Origin: Cyanidioschyzon merolae
Lineage: Eukaryota
Reading direction: 5' to 3' (one strand)
DNA: 64,000 bases
NCBI GenBank assembly: GCA_000091205.1
Contig: AP006493.2
A program made the position numbers and the translations under genes. The notes beneath the pieces were generated by a model. The model was not told where the DNA came from and searched no databases. It was given only the letters and a program-made list of their open reading frames with translations. This document shows, in pieces, positions 21,771 through 32,600 of the stretch; position 1 is the stretch's first letter, and every line of letters starts with the position of its first letter.

Positions 21771-22645
21771 AGCGACGGCAAACGAGGGTAAACTGATACA
21801 AACGCGCAGACGCCTCCCAGCCTTTCGACAAGCCACCTACTATCAGCTTCGGCTTCTCCTTGCACACCTCTACCCCGAGAGCCTACCCCACAAAGTTGTA
21901 TCCTATCAGCCCCTCGGGTCTCTTCTTCAGCAAAGCATATCTCATGATATTGTTGGCGGCGTTGACGTCGCCGTTCAAGAACTCGATGCGGTTTACTGCC
22001 TCTACTGGAACTCATCAGCGCAAGAGTACCTCGAGCGCGTGCCTTCTTTGCCACCAAAGTCTCGATATCGTCCTGTCGGGCAAAGAATCCTTTTCTCGCG
22101 TATCTCTCTTCTTCTTCTTCGCTCGATGCTCGGCGAAAGTGGATTTTTAGCGGGTCCGAGCTGAATTCGTTGGGATTTTTAGCGTTTTCTTCGGCAGTCG
22201 ACGATGATGGCCCTCCGGGATCCCCAACTTCCATGTCTGTAGTGTTCCCTCGGATTTGTTAAGTTTACAAATGAACGCACGTTGAACATGTCTGCTACAG
22301 ACTGCGACGAAGCATTTGATGACACGCACCTGGGGACGGGACACGATTGCGTTGAAGAACTGCAGGAAATCGGGTAGCGGCCCGTGCTCCCCAGCGAGAC
22401 CCCATGAAGTGCAGATGACATGCAGGCCCTTGCGGCCGTCGCGGCGGGCGATTGCGCCCAGCGCGCCACCGACTGCTAATCGGTGCGTACACGGACACGT
22501 GTTCATGGGGCGCGCCGATCGCCTGAGCGACCGGTCGCTCGGGCGATCCGGACAGTCGAGGGGTCCGCGTGGCGGCGGGGCGCGCATGAGGCCCTGCGCC
22601 TGCTGCCCGCAACGCTGACCGCATGAACGGTGCTGCGTGTCCTGC

Positions 22646-23215
22646 ATGCGCGCTGCAACAGCCTTCCTGGCACTACTCTGCATCCAGGTATTTTATTATT
22701 GGGTCCCAAGGTGGCAGACCGGCAGTGAACTGGTGTCTTTGAGTTCGTACGGAACCATATATCAGCGCCCGAGCGCCGCAGCTGACTGCTATCAGGGTAC
22801 GGTGAACAATAGCGCGGGCGGCAGTACGTGCACATGTAACAGCGGCTGGTACACCGTACCGGAGAATGCTCCGGTGCAGTGTGCGTGCAACCTAAACTGT
22901 GACCTAGAGGGTACCAAGTCATGCAATCGGTCATTGCAAGTTTGCTTTTGTAAGGACGGGTACGGTACCGCGCCCAACCAGAACCCAAAGAATCGAGTCT
23001 ATTGCAATGTGAAGTATCCCAGTACGAACTCGAGCTCGAATGGAGGCGGGGCGACCTCCCCTGCAAACTCCACTGGAGGCGGCGGATTCAATCTATCCGG
23101 TATCAGTCTTCCCACGATTCTGCTGGCCCTTGTTTGTTTGGGAATCGGAGCTGCAATTTTTGCTTTCTGTTGCTGCTTATGTTGGCCATTCGTGGCCCGA
23201 GCGCGAATGTATTAA
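22646..23215 (+). CDS. Small type-I membrane protein with signal peptide, EGF-like Cys module, Ser/Gly/Asn-rich stalk, TM helix and Cys-cluster tail
   Basis: 'MRAATAFLALLCIQ' (signal), 'CTCNSGWYTVPENAPVQCACNLNCDLEGTKSC...CFCKDGYG', TM 'ILLALVCLGIGAAIFAF' and tail 'CCCLCWPF'. No recognisable family, so this is an ORF-level call. Confidence 0.35.
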   Translation: MRAATAFLALLCIQVFYYWVPRWQTGSELVSLSSYGTIYQRPSAAADCYQGTVNNSAGGSTCTCNSGWYTVPENAPVQCACNLNCDLEGTKSCNRSLQVCFCKDGYGTAPNQNPKNRVYCNVKYPSTNSSSNGGGATSPANSTGGGGFNLSGISLPTILLALVCLGIGAAIFAFCCCLCWPFVARARMY

Positions 23216-24000
23216 TGGCGAATACAGGGGGAGCGCATTGAGGCCCCCCCTCCCGCTCCGCCATTCGAACATCCGCGACGCTGCCTGTCCCAGAGTCGGC
23301 GCACAGACGTTGCACGAACTGCGTTCTCGTGGCGTGCCTGCCGATGCGAACCGCCTCAAGTGAATGTTTGACAGCGGCGAAGTGCTCGTAAACATGTAAA
23401 AAGGGCAATCTCCGACGGCGGCATTTGCGCGTCCATCTAAATCCCAATTGCTTGCCCTGTGTCCTGGTGTCTTGAGGCCTGACGTGCGGCTTGTGGGTCT
23501 GGTCGCCCTCATGCCCGATTATCGCTTATCATACCATGACGGTATGCGCAGGGGAAAATATTTGGAGCGCAGTTTTGCCAACGCAAATGGTTCGTTCTCT
23601 CCAACAGAGCGCACTAACGCTCGCTGCGCATTCTCGTGACGGAAAACGATTCTTTCAGAGCGATCAGTACTGCATTCGACCCGACGCCTATGAGAGGCAG
23701 CTGGGGAAGCTTTCAGGCAGCCGATGCGTCCTCTGTGCGGACTGGAGAGTCTCATACAAGTCTGAGACTAAAGTATCGAGTGTTTACCGCCCCGGCGACA
23801 CATTCGCTGCCCGATAGAGAGCTAAGTATTCATCCTTGGGGGACGCATGCTAAGGGAATGCAGCGCAAAGATTGCCATAAAGCCCAAGGAAGCGTCCTGG
23901 AAACTTTGGTGTCCTCCGTCAGACTGGTGCGCGCTGACGTACCACGTGTGATGTGAGACATGCGTTTTCCGTTGAACACGGCATATCCGCAGCGTCTCGC

Positions 24001-24447
24001 TCACATACCCGTTTCGGTTCCGTGACCGTGTTCCATGCGGTTGGCGTAGAGCGCGTGCACGGGCGGCGCAGAGAGAGAACCGTGAACGTTTGGTTGCGAT
24101 ACCAACAAATCTTCCTTCGGAACAATGTCAATCAGAAAGTCAAAAATATCAGTCTTTTGAATGGCAGCGCTCACATCGCTGCGTTGCAGCGTCCTTCGCT
24201 TCGCCTCCTCAGTGATAGCCCAGGCCCTCAACGTCAGCTCTTGAACAAAGAGTTCACAGGCCTTGCCAAATATAATAGGTGCCTCAGCGCTAACCATTCG
24301 CACGTCCTCGTCGGACTTGATTATCTTTTTTATCCGAGCCAGCGGCAGTGCGTGGTTCTTAAAATCAGTGGCGGTCTCGCACTCCCGAAGGTGTCTCCGC
24401 CACATTTCCGCAAGAGCCTGTTCCAGTCTCTGGTTTGAGTGACTCAT
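24001..24447 (-). CDS. NFYC: NF-YC (HAP5/CBF-C) histone-fold subunit of the CCAAT-binding complex
   Basis: 'DFKNHALPLARIKKIIKSDEDVRMVSAEAPIIFGKACELFVQELTLRAWAITEEAKRRTLQRSDVSAAIQKTDIFDFLIDIVP' is a near-textbook NF-YC histone fold. The start codon is ATG. Confidence 0.85.
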   Translation of the reverse strand: MSHSNQRLEQALAEMWRRHLRECETATDFKNHALPLARIKKIIKSDEDVRMVSAEAPIIFGKACELFVQELTLRAWAITEEAKRRTLQRSDVSAAIQKTDIFDFLIDIVPKEDLLVSQPNVHGSLSAPPVHALYANRMEHGHGTETGM

Positions 24448-24545
24448 ATTCCTTTAGACCTGAACAAGAATGGTACCCCTCAAACAACAAAAGCGCGCAG
24501 CAACAGTACACAGCGCACCTTTGGCACGTCGCCCAAAACGCCGAT

Positions 24546-25565
24546 TTACGGCCGCTGTAAGCTGTCCGGTTTCGCGCCGAGCTGCTCCCGCTGATGCGGC
24601 ACATCCAAGCGTCCTAGATCGTATTTAGGCACAATGCCACTGGGATTCAAAGGAAACAAGGATTTGAAATAGCTATTCGCAGTTTCTTTGACATCGAAGG
24701 TGTGAGACACCTCAGCTGCGTACGTTTGGATCATATCACGCATCCAAGCGTGCAGGTTTGGAAACTCTGTGATCTTTCGCTGACAGCAGCGAAAGAGCGT
24801 ATGATATACAGAATCGAAGCGAATCAGGGTCGGAAATAGAAATATATCACTTTCACTAGGATATGGCGTGCCGCTCACGTACCGCTGGCCCGCGAGCCTC
24901 TGTTCCAGCTCCGCGAGCGTCTGGAATACACTCCGCTCGGCATCCTCGTAAGCAGCCTGCGTCCTCGCGAATCCGACCTTGTAGACTCCGTTGTTCAGAT
25001 TATCGTGAATCCATGTTTTGTCAGCTTCAATTTGCGACTGATATTCTGCAGGGAAAGGGTCGATGCCGCTGGGAGTCTGCCGTTCGGTCGCGATATGCCG
25101 CATGAAGCGGACGATATCTGCTGACTCGTTCGAGACGATGAGGCCAGAGCGGGCGTCCACCAAGAGCGGGGCAGTAGCACGCCCCCGAAAAGAGGGATCG
25201 GCATTACGGTAGATTTGTTTCAAGTCGCGGGCCGATCGATACGTGGCTGGCAGACGCTCGTTGGCGTCTTCTGCGTTAGAACGCGAACCTACCGGCCTGA
25301 GCACCCACTTGCCTTCCGGGGAAGGATATACACGCACCGGAACTATAATGCGAGAAGCATTAGAGTTATCTGTCAGGCGGTGGAATGCCGCGGCTAGTAA
25401 ACATCGATGACACCAGGGACACTCGATTCCATAAAACAGGAGGAACTGGTCTTCTTCGAATGAACCCGTCCAGATCTGGTCCTTGTAGCCACTTGATAGA
25501 TACGAAGGCGGCGGGCGTTCATATGATCCGGTACCCTTCCTAGTAGGGGCGAGTTGTGACATCAT
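24546..25565 (-). CDS. Glutathionyl-hydroquinone reductase (Xi-class, ECM4-like GST)
   Basis: 'LLFYGIECPWCHRCLLAAAF' is the CPWA/CxR active-site motif of the Xi class, followed by a GST C-terminal-like region. The ORF is open to GTG 25874. In-frame ATGs at 25565 (MMSQ...) give a family-typical ~339 aa; further ATGs lie at 25598 and 25679. Confidence 0.7.
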   Translation of the reverse strand: MMSQLAPTRKGTGSYERPPPSYLSSGYKDQIWTGSFEEDQFLLFYGIECPWCHRCLLAAAFHRLTDNSNASRIIVPVRVYPSPEGKWVLRPVGSRSNAEDANERLPATYRSARDLKQIYRNADPSFRGRATAPLLVDARSGLIVSNESADIVRFMRHIATERQTPSGIDPFPAEYQSQIEADKTWIHDNLNNGVYKVGFARTQAAYEDAERSVFQTLAELEQRLAGQRYVSGTPYPSESDIFLFPTLIRFDSVYHTLFRCCQRKITEFPNLHAWMRDMIQTYAAEVSHTFDVKETANSYFKSLFPLNPSGIVPKYDLGRLDVPHQREQLGAKPDSLQRP

Positions 25566-26012
25566 AAGGTGCCAGAGCTGTCGCCAAAACAGCCGCGCCA
25601 TTCGCACTAAAAGCTCAAAAGGAACCGCGGAGGACAGGATACCCGCCCCACTGTTCCTCCGAACCGTGCGCTCGTCCATTCGACATACAATCGTCGTAGG
25701 CAGTTGACGCGTTCGGCGCGAATTCCTCCTATTTGGCGTTCGTAGCAGCTTGGCGCTATGGGAGCGAATCGGCGACACCGGTGGCCTCCGCCGGGATTGC
25801 GAGCCACAAGTGCTCAGAACAAACAACGCGTGGCTGGTCTTTGACGATTTAAGCGTCATTTTGCTTTTCTGCACAGGTCTCTATAGAATCAACCATAGGA
25901 ACCGCACGGAATACCTGACGCAGACTTGAACAGTATTGCCAGGAGCTATGGATTACACAGCCGCTGCATCTCCCGACGTGTGACGTGCAGCTGCGGGTAC
26001 AGCGCCCTCGAC

Positions 26013-27107
26013 ATGACGACTGCCATCATAGTTCATATATGGATAAAATTACTAGCACATGATCCTCAACCTCCCAGGCGATCTGCCGCGGAGCTCAGCG
26101 AGCACTGCCCTCTTTGTTTTCAGGCTCCGCTGGACAGGCTCATGTTCATCGTTAACAGTTTCCGAAATAGCTCTCAAAAGAGGCCCTTTGTTCGTAGAAG
26201 ACAGCCTATAGGTTTGAGCGTGCGTCCGAAACGCTGGTGTCGCACGCATGGCCTCGTGCTTGCGGAACACGAGGCGCCGGGGCGCCGGGCACCTCAAAAA
26301 CCTGCGATCAGCCTCCGCCTGGAGGTGGCAAAGTCTGCGGCGAGTATAGCTTGTGCACTCTTGTTTGCACTTGTTTGCGAAGACCAAGCTCGAAATGGTT
26401 TGAGCTCCAGTGGAACATCGTTAGCATCTGCGGCGATGGAGTCGAGCTTTTGCGGGACGACGAGCGAGGCGAGGCCTGCTGCCTCCGAAGGAACATGTAT
26501 TCAGAGGTTCCTGGAATCTCTGCAAATTCCTGGAGCGTTTGCCGCGGATCTAACTGGATTTGTCGAAGATGACACTGGAACCTCTCCAGGAAGCGTGGTT
26601 TCGCGAGTAAATAGCTCGCTGCAGGCTTTGGTTCAGAATACTGGTTACCGGGTTTTCATCCTAATAAAACGTGACATTCCACTCGGAACGGACTTGAATA
26701 GTCTCGCTCGGGAGGTTTATGAGTCAAAGAATGGTGATGGCAATCTTCTTGTTCTTGTTTTGAATCCGAAGACAGCCAAGGGAGGGTATTACGCAGGTGA
26801 TCAAGTGCAGAGAGCCATCCCAAACTCTGTTTTGATGAGCATCGCGAACGAGACCTATCCGTTCAACACACTGCAGGGCAAGTATGGTGCTGCACTTCTG
26901 GACGTTACCAACAGACTGGAGGCCGTTCTCTCGGGTCGCGATGACCCTGGCCCTCCGGTCGTTCGCAAATCTGAGAAGGTGGCCTCTTTTAAGACAAGAG
27001 AGGAGACCGAGAGTCAGCGAAAGAAATATGTGGGCGTCGTCGCCACTCTGCTGATCATCAGCGTCGTCGCGCCTATGGCGCAGTACTTTTGGTACCAGCG
27101 AAAATAG
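26013..27107 (+). CDS. TPM-domain (DUF477) protein with C-terminal TM anchor, possibly organelle-targeted
   Basis: 'VFILIKRDIPLGTDLNSLAREVYESKNGDGNLLVLVLNPKTAKGGYYAGDQVQRAIPNSVLMSIANETYPFNTLQGKYGAALLDVTNRLEAVLSG' matches the TPM fold pattern. C-terminal TM 'YVGVVATLLIISVVAP'. The track start at 25926 is TTG; in-frame ATGs lie at 26013 and 26142. Confidence 0.45.
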   Translation: MTTAIIVHIWIKLLAHDPQPPRRSAAELSEHCPLCFQAPLDRLMFIVNSFRNSSQKRPFVRRRQPIGLSVRPKRWCRTHGLVLAEHEAPGRRAPQKPAISLRLEVAKSAASIACALLFALVCEDQARNGLSSSGTSLASAAMESSFCGTTSEARPAASEGTCIQRFLESLQIPGAFAADLTGFVEDDTGTSPGSVVSRVNSSLQALVQNTGYRVFILIKRDIPLGTDLNSLAREVYESKNGDGNLLVLVLNPKTAKGGYYAGDQVQRAIPNSVLMSIANETYPFNTLQGKYGAALLDVTNRLEAVLSGRDDPGPPVVRKSEKVASFKTREETESQRKKYVGVVATLLIISVVAPMAQYFWYQRK

Positions 27108-27237
27108 CGCCCACAGCGTGCACGCTGGGTGCAGCGGCAGACATACTCGGCGAGTCAGGTGCTGGAGGCTGGACTTGTCACGGGGCGTCCGCCAGAGGTC
27201 TCTGTGTTGCCGCTGCGCTCGAACGGAACGCAGTCGC

Positions 27238-29364
27238 CTATCTTGCTTTAGAGCACGCGACCGTCTGTAGCATACTGGGGCCCTCCAGGGACACGGAACG
27301 CACTAGCGCCGCTTTGGGTAGGGCAGGCAGTGTCTGTCCCGGCAAAGCGGTGACGCTCGTGAAGTATCCACGCCGCTGCGTCCTCGCGCGGAGGCCCGGC
27401 GGGAGGGAGAAACCCTTCCCCAGCAGGCCACAGCAGCCGCAGCAGCATCTCCAAATGCAAGTTCGGCAGCAGCACAATAGCAAAAGAATGAGGAACAACA
27501 GGCCAATAAAAAACAAAATGTTCAGGATGCACACATTGGCGAAGATGCACCCAATATCCAGGAGCCCGCCGCAACTACCGCAACCGCCTGATGGGTACGG
27601 TGAACTTCCGGTATGCGTTAGGTTTCCAGATGTCGTCGATGCGCTGCCCCCTTGCGCGCCATCCGTAGTCCGCACACTACTAGCGTTAAATTCGAGAACG
27701 AGGACGTCCAGAACTTGACCCAGGGCGTTCCGCAATGTGCAGTTGCACACACCTGCTCCACCGGTCGCCTTGGTTTCTATAATAGGCAATGAAATTGAAA
27801 CAAGTTGACCCGGCGCTAGCGTCACGATCTGAGCCTGAATAGGTTCAACGTTAGGTTCACAGGATGCACTGACTGTAAACTGAGCCGCATTCTGTCCAGT
27901 TCCTTCAGAAACTATCCAAAGATCAATTAAACCTCCTTTCGATTGTGAAGTGAACGGATTAATCTTCGATAGATGACGTAGAAATCGAGCGGGTGCCAAA
28001 TAAATAGTGTAAAACAACTCCTCAGCCGCGAACTGTAGCACAACCTCAGTTGCTTGAGTCCGGTTTGTGAAAAACCGTAACAGTGGATTCCGTGGTGTCA
28101 ATCCACTGACGTCAAAATCACCAAAAAACTGGACAAAATAACTGCCAACCTTTCCGGTTTGCTCAAGAGCAAGATCCGAGTCATAGTAATCCTGAAGTTG
28201 ATCGTGGAGACATGATTGCGTTGGTCGCTCGCATCGCTGCCCCTCATTTGTGAATGCACTGTAACTAACACCAATCTTATCGCAAGTGTCTCCAGTGATC
28301 GTAACTAGATCGTTATCGATGAGCATCCACCGGTTTATCTCGGTGGGAATATAGGAAATTCGATCCACACACCAAGCCTCAGAGGTGTCGGTGCAGACTG
28401 AAGGAACGAAGAAGAGTTTCTCTGAGTATGATGGAGTTCCCTCCCACGGAGCAAAGTCACCAATCGCTTGAGCGCTTATTTTCCCGTTCGAGGCATAACC
28501 AATAGGAGAACTCGGTGAGAGTGAAATGATCTCGGTCGAGCAGTTTTGAATAGCTTGATCCTGATTTCCAACGAGCCCAGAAATTGATTTGATAGTACTG
28601 TTGGCGAGGGGGCATTTGGTAACGTTCACAAGAATTACAAAATTGACGTCGGGTTCGCCAATTTGGAAAGCAGAATACCACAAACTATCAAATCGCAAAC
28701 AGTGTGCTGACTCAGTGGGGTTATCAAAGTTGAGCAGACTGCAATCCAGTCCGCCACGAATTCTGTTTGGCGACAGCCCCAGTAAATCCCCAGCATTGCA
28801 ATCACAGCAGAAGCCTTGGGAGTAGAGTATCCGGTCTGCTGGTTTCGTTGACCAGCTGGGATTGTAAGCGTAACCGCATGTTGGGTCACTGCTGCCCCAG
28901 GTTGCGACGCACTGGTTATCCAGCCAGTTCAACGGACCCTTCTGGTTGTACTTGTAAACGATTTCATAGGGTTTGTTGTTAAAATCGCTTTGATAGTAAA
29001 GAGGGTAGTCCAGCCGTATCCTAGACTTTGTCAGTGTGATATGCACCTGATACTTGAAAGCGTACACTGTGTTAGGATTATCCGCCGATCGTACCGTTGC
29101 GTTCGCTGAACTGCTGCCGTACACGGCCTGGGTCGCACTTACGGAGGACGAGGCTGCCGTGGCTCCGTTTTCTACAGCTAGGGTAAGCACCCATTTTTTT
29201 GAGCAAGGAATGCTTCCTGGCCTCCCAGAATCCAGACAAGTAACTATACTTCCGACACCAGTAAGTGAGCCTCCGACGGAGGCAGAAAAAAACGGTGCTA
29301 CTAGCCACAGTGGGACTTGGAAAAATAGTAGCACGAATAGACTCCGCCGAAAGATAACCTTCAT
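27238..29364 (-). CDS. HAP2: Candidate HAP2/GCS1-type gamete fusogen (signal peptide, large Cys-rich ectodomain, TM helix, multi-Cys cytoplasmic tail)
   Basis: Signal 'MKVIFRRSLFVLLFFQVPLWLVAP'. Ectodomain blocks 'ILYSQGFCCDCNAGDLLG' and 'CDKIGVSYSAFTNEGQRCERPTQSCL'. TM 'ILFFIGLLFLILLLL' followed by 'CCCRTCIWRCCCGCC' and a basic tail. The overall architecture matches HAP2, but assignment is from memory of the family, not an alignment. The ORF is open to TTG 29517. Confidence 0.5.
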   Translation of the reverse strand: MKVIFRRSLFVLLFFQVPLWLVAPFFSASVGGSLTGVGSIVTCLDSGRPGSIPCSKKWVLTLAVENGATAASSSVSATQAVYGSSSANATVRSADNPNTVYAFKYQVHITLTKSRIRLDYPLYYQSDFNNKPYEIVYKYNQKGPLNWLDNQCVATWGSSDPTCGYAYNPSWSTKPADRILYSQGFCCDCNAGDLLGLSPNRIRGGLDCSLLNFDNPTESAHCLRFDSLWYSAFQIGEPDVNFVILVNVTKCPLANSTIKSISGLVGNQDQAIQNCSTEIISLSPSSPIGYASNGKISAQAIGDFAPWEGTPSYSEKLFFVPSVCTDTSEAWCVDRISYIPTEINRWMLIDNDLVTITGDTCDKIGVSYSAFTNEGQRCERPTQSCLHDQLQDYYDSDLALEQTGKVGSYFVQFFGDFDVSGLTPRNPLLRFFTNRTQATEVVLQFAAEELFYTIYLAPARFLRHLSKINPFTSQSKGGLIDLWIVSEGTGQNAAQFTVSASCEPNVEPIQAQIVTLAPGQLVSISLPIIETKATGGAGVCNCTLRNALGQVLDVLVLEFNASSVRTTDGAQGGSASTTSGNLTHTGSSPYPSGGCGSCGGLLDIGCIFANVCILNILFFIGLLFLILLLLCCCRTCIWRCCCGCCGLLGKGFSLPPGLRARTQRRGYFTSVTALPGQTLPALPKAALVRSVSLEGPSMLQTVACSKAR

Positions 29365-29642
29365 AGGAGAAGAAAAGCATACTCGAAAATAAGCAGTTGC
29401 AATGCTAGGTGGAGTTAAGAATCGGAAGGTATTCACTGGGACTATGAAAACACACTTACGTCCGGCCCTCATCGGGCAGAAAAACACCGCGGTCTCGCTG
29501 CGATTTGACTCATCCAAAGGTCGCGAAGATCCGATGGGCGAGGAATGGGTCGCAAAAGTACATCAAGTGTGCAAGTGTGTAAAACATTTTTCTCGAAAAT
29601 CAGTAAAATACATTCTCGTTCTCCTTCACGTAACAGAATTCA

Positions 29643-32600
29643 ATGATCTGTTTTAGCCTGTTTCGCATAGTTTCCAAGCTGTCGCTTGCAGCACTCTTGT
29701 GGCTTGTACTGCATTTTCTTCAAAAAGAAATCCTCGGAACCTCGCCAGCTGTGCAGATGAATGTAGTCCCTGAGGTTGCTCGGGCATCAGGGAATACGTC
29801 ACCTCTTTTCCTTTTCTATGAAGAATGTGGGGGGGCAAATTGGACTCTGAATCGCTTTTGCTCGAGCAATTGTTGGACTTCAAACTCTTCTCCTTGTGGA
29901 AGTTCAGATGATTGGATATTTGTTGACTGCACTTCAGCTGGACAAGTTTCAGGGCTCCATCTTGAACATGAAAATATATATTGTGGAGGGATCCCGGAGG
30001 AACTTGCATCGCTTGGTTATCTAAGTACGCTGGACCTGAGTTACAACCCAGATCTTCGTACAGTAATACCAACTTGGATATCGAATTTCACGAATCTCGT
30101 TGAGTTAAAATTTGAGGATTCTGGATTCTATGGTGAGGTGCCTGATAGCATCTGTATGTTACGTAGCCTTTCTTCTCTCAAAGGGAGGGAAAATGATCTT
30201 TCCGGAACAATTCCTGATTGTATAGGAGAGTTGAAATACTTGCATGATTTAAGTTTCGCGAGCAATGAAATGTCTGGCCAAATACCCGATTCTATTGGAA
30301 ATTGCAGCAATTTATATTTCTTGGACCTTAGTAACAACAATTTCTCGGGAACACTTCCGGATAGTATCGTCTACATGAAGAACTTGCAGATACTCGACTT
30401 ATCATACAATAGCCTCGAAGGCACTCTTCCGGAACTCTTCGGATTCAGCGAGCTGCAATTGCTCCTTCTCGGTCACAACAATTTCAGTGGCACCATACCG
30501 GAGTTGCCTCCGAACCTAGTCGCCGTGGACTTCTCGAGCAACAATTTCAGTGGACAAGTTCCCATTCTGCCCTCTACAGTAACAAGCGCCAACTTTACCG
30601 GAAATCACTTCAGCTGCCCGATCCCATTGGGATCCATATATGACACGGCGTCATGCATATGTCCCGCCGGCTGGGCTGGTAACCGTACGACATGCAAACA
30701 GTGTAGTCCCGGCACTATCGCACCCACAGATGGTTCTAGTGTTTGCATGGCGTGCCCCAACGGAACGTTTGCAAATGCATCGACAAGCTTCAGATTTTGT
30801 GGTACATGCCCTGCGGGAAGCTTTGCTGTATCCCCAGCCGGAAACTGCTCAATCTGTCCAAAAGGAACCTATCAGCAGTCGCGCGGTAGTTCCCAGTGCA
30901 ATACCTGCGCCCCAGGCTATTTCACGGACGAACTTGGAGCGAGCTCCTGCAAAATATGCCTGGCAGGATCTTATGCAGAACTAGCTGGAAGCACGGAGTG
31001 CAAAGCCTGCGCCCCGGGAACCTACGCAGCGAGTAACGGATCGACTTCGTGTCAAGCATGCGCAGCGGGCTCCTACGCCGGCAACTATAGCTCTGCTACA
31101 TGTCAGATATGCCCGGCAGGATCTTATGCAGAACTAGCTGGAAGCACGGAGTGCAAAGCCTGCGCCCCGGGAACCTACGCAGCGAGTAACGGATCGACTT
31201 CGTGTCAAGCATGCGCAGCGGGCTCCTACGCCGGCAACTACAACTCTACAGCGTGCGAGATATGCCCGGCGGGATCTTATGCAGAACTAGCTGGAAGCAC
31301 GGAGTGCAAAGCCTGCGCCCCAGGAACCTACGCAGCGAGTAACGGGTCGACCTCGTGTCAGACGTGCAAAGCGGGCTCCTACGCGGGCAACTACAACTCT
31401 ACAGCGTGCGAGATATGCCCGGCAGGATCTTATGCAGAACTAGCTGGAAGCACGGAGTGCAAAGCCTGCGCCCCAGGAACCTACGCAGCGAGTAACGGAT
31501 CGACTTCGTGTCAAGCATGCGCAGCGGGCTCCTACGCCGGCAACTATAGCTCTGCTACATGTCAGATATGCCCCGCGGGAACGTATGCAGCGAGTGAGGG
31601 TTCAAGTTCATGTGAGCCCTGTCCACCGGGGAGTTCCGGGAACTCTATTGGATCCAAGTCATGCTCACTATGTCCGGCTGGCTCGTTCGCAGCTTCAAAT
31701 GGGTCCACTATGTGCCAAAAATGCCCAGCCGGTTACTTCAGTGACACGCCCGGGGCTGCAGCTTGCAAACCATGTCCTCTGGGCGTCTTTGCAAGTTCAG
31801 AGGGCTCTCGTGCGTGCTCCTTATGTCCGGCAGGGCAGTATGCGCCAGTCAATGGATCCGTCTTTTGCTTGAACTGTCCGCCGGGGAGCTTTTCGAATCA
31901 CTCTGGAGCGTCTACGTGCTACCAGTGCGGCGCAGGCTACTTCTCAGACACGCGTGGCTCCACGAGCTGTAAGCTGTGTCCTTTGGGAACTTTTTCCGCT
32001 GGACAAGGGCAGACTAGTTGCGAGGCTTGCCCACCTGGTTTCTATACAAACCAAACAGGATCGACCTCGTGCAGTTCCTGCGCTCCAGGGCATTATCAGC
32101 CCAGCACTGGCGCCGGCGGCTGCTTACCGTGTCCCGCTGGTACTCGGGCCGGCGCGTCCGGTGCTCCACGCTGCGATGCCTGCCCTTCGGGAACATTCTC
32201 TAACGTGACAGGTGCTGCAGTCTGCATAGAATGCCCAGCAGGTTGGTACTCCCAGGGTAATAGTACAAAGTGTATCGCTTGCGACACAGGGAGTTACGCG
32301 CAGTTCAATGCCAGCGGCTCATGCACAGAAGCGCCACCGGGGAGTTTTGTCAACAGTACTGGAGCGGCGTACTTCCAGTATTGTCCACCGGGAACATTTT
32401 CAAACCGGAGCGGTGCATCCAAGTGCGAACCATGTGAAACAGGAACCTTCGTGACTTATCTGGGCGCGACATCGTGCACAGCGTGCCGTGCGGGCTACTC
32501 CGCGCCTGCCAACGGCTCTGTGAACTGCACCGTTTGTCCGGCCGGTACATTTGCGTATACAGCCCCGGACGCTGCTGGGCTTGGGCGAGGGGCGTCCACA

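Noticed and set aside
21683-22234. 183-aa acidic ORF (minus) upstream of the ataxin-2-like gene
   Set aside because: It overlaps the conserved upstream element (21550-21770) in a frame not conserved in copy 1 and has no recognisable domain. It is probably non-coding leader or promoter sequence.
23953-24438. 161-aa plus-strand ORF antisense to NF-YC; likewise 27089-27718(+) antisense to HAP2 3' end, 52120-52755(-) antisense to the CCHC gene, 42722-43349(-) antisense to the DDX47 3' end, 39801-40487(+)
   Set aside because: These are low-complexity, Arg/Ala/Ser-rich translations typical of GC-rich antisense frames. They have no domain resemblance and overlap well-supported genes.
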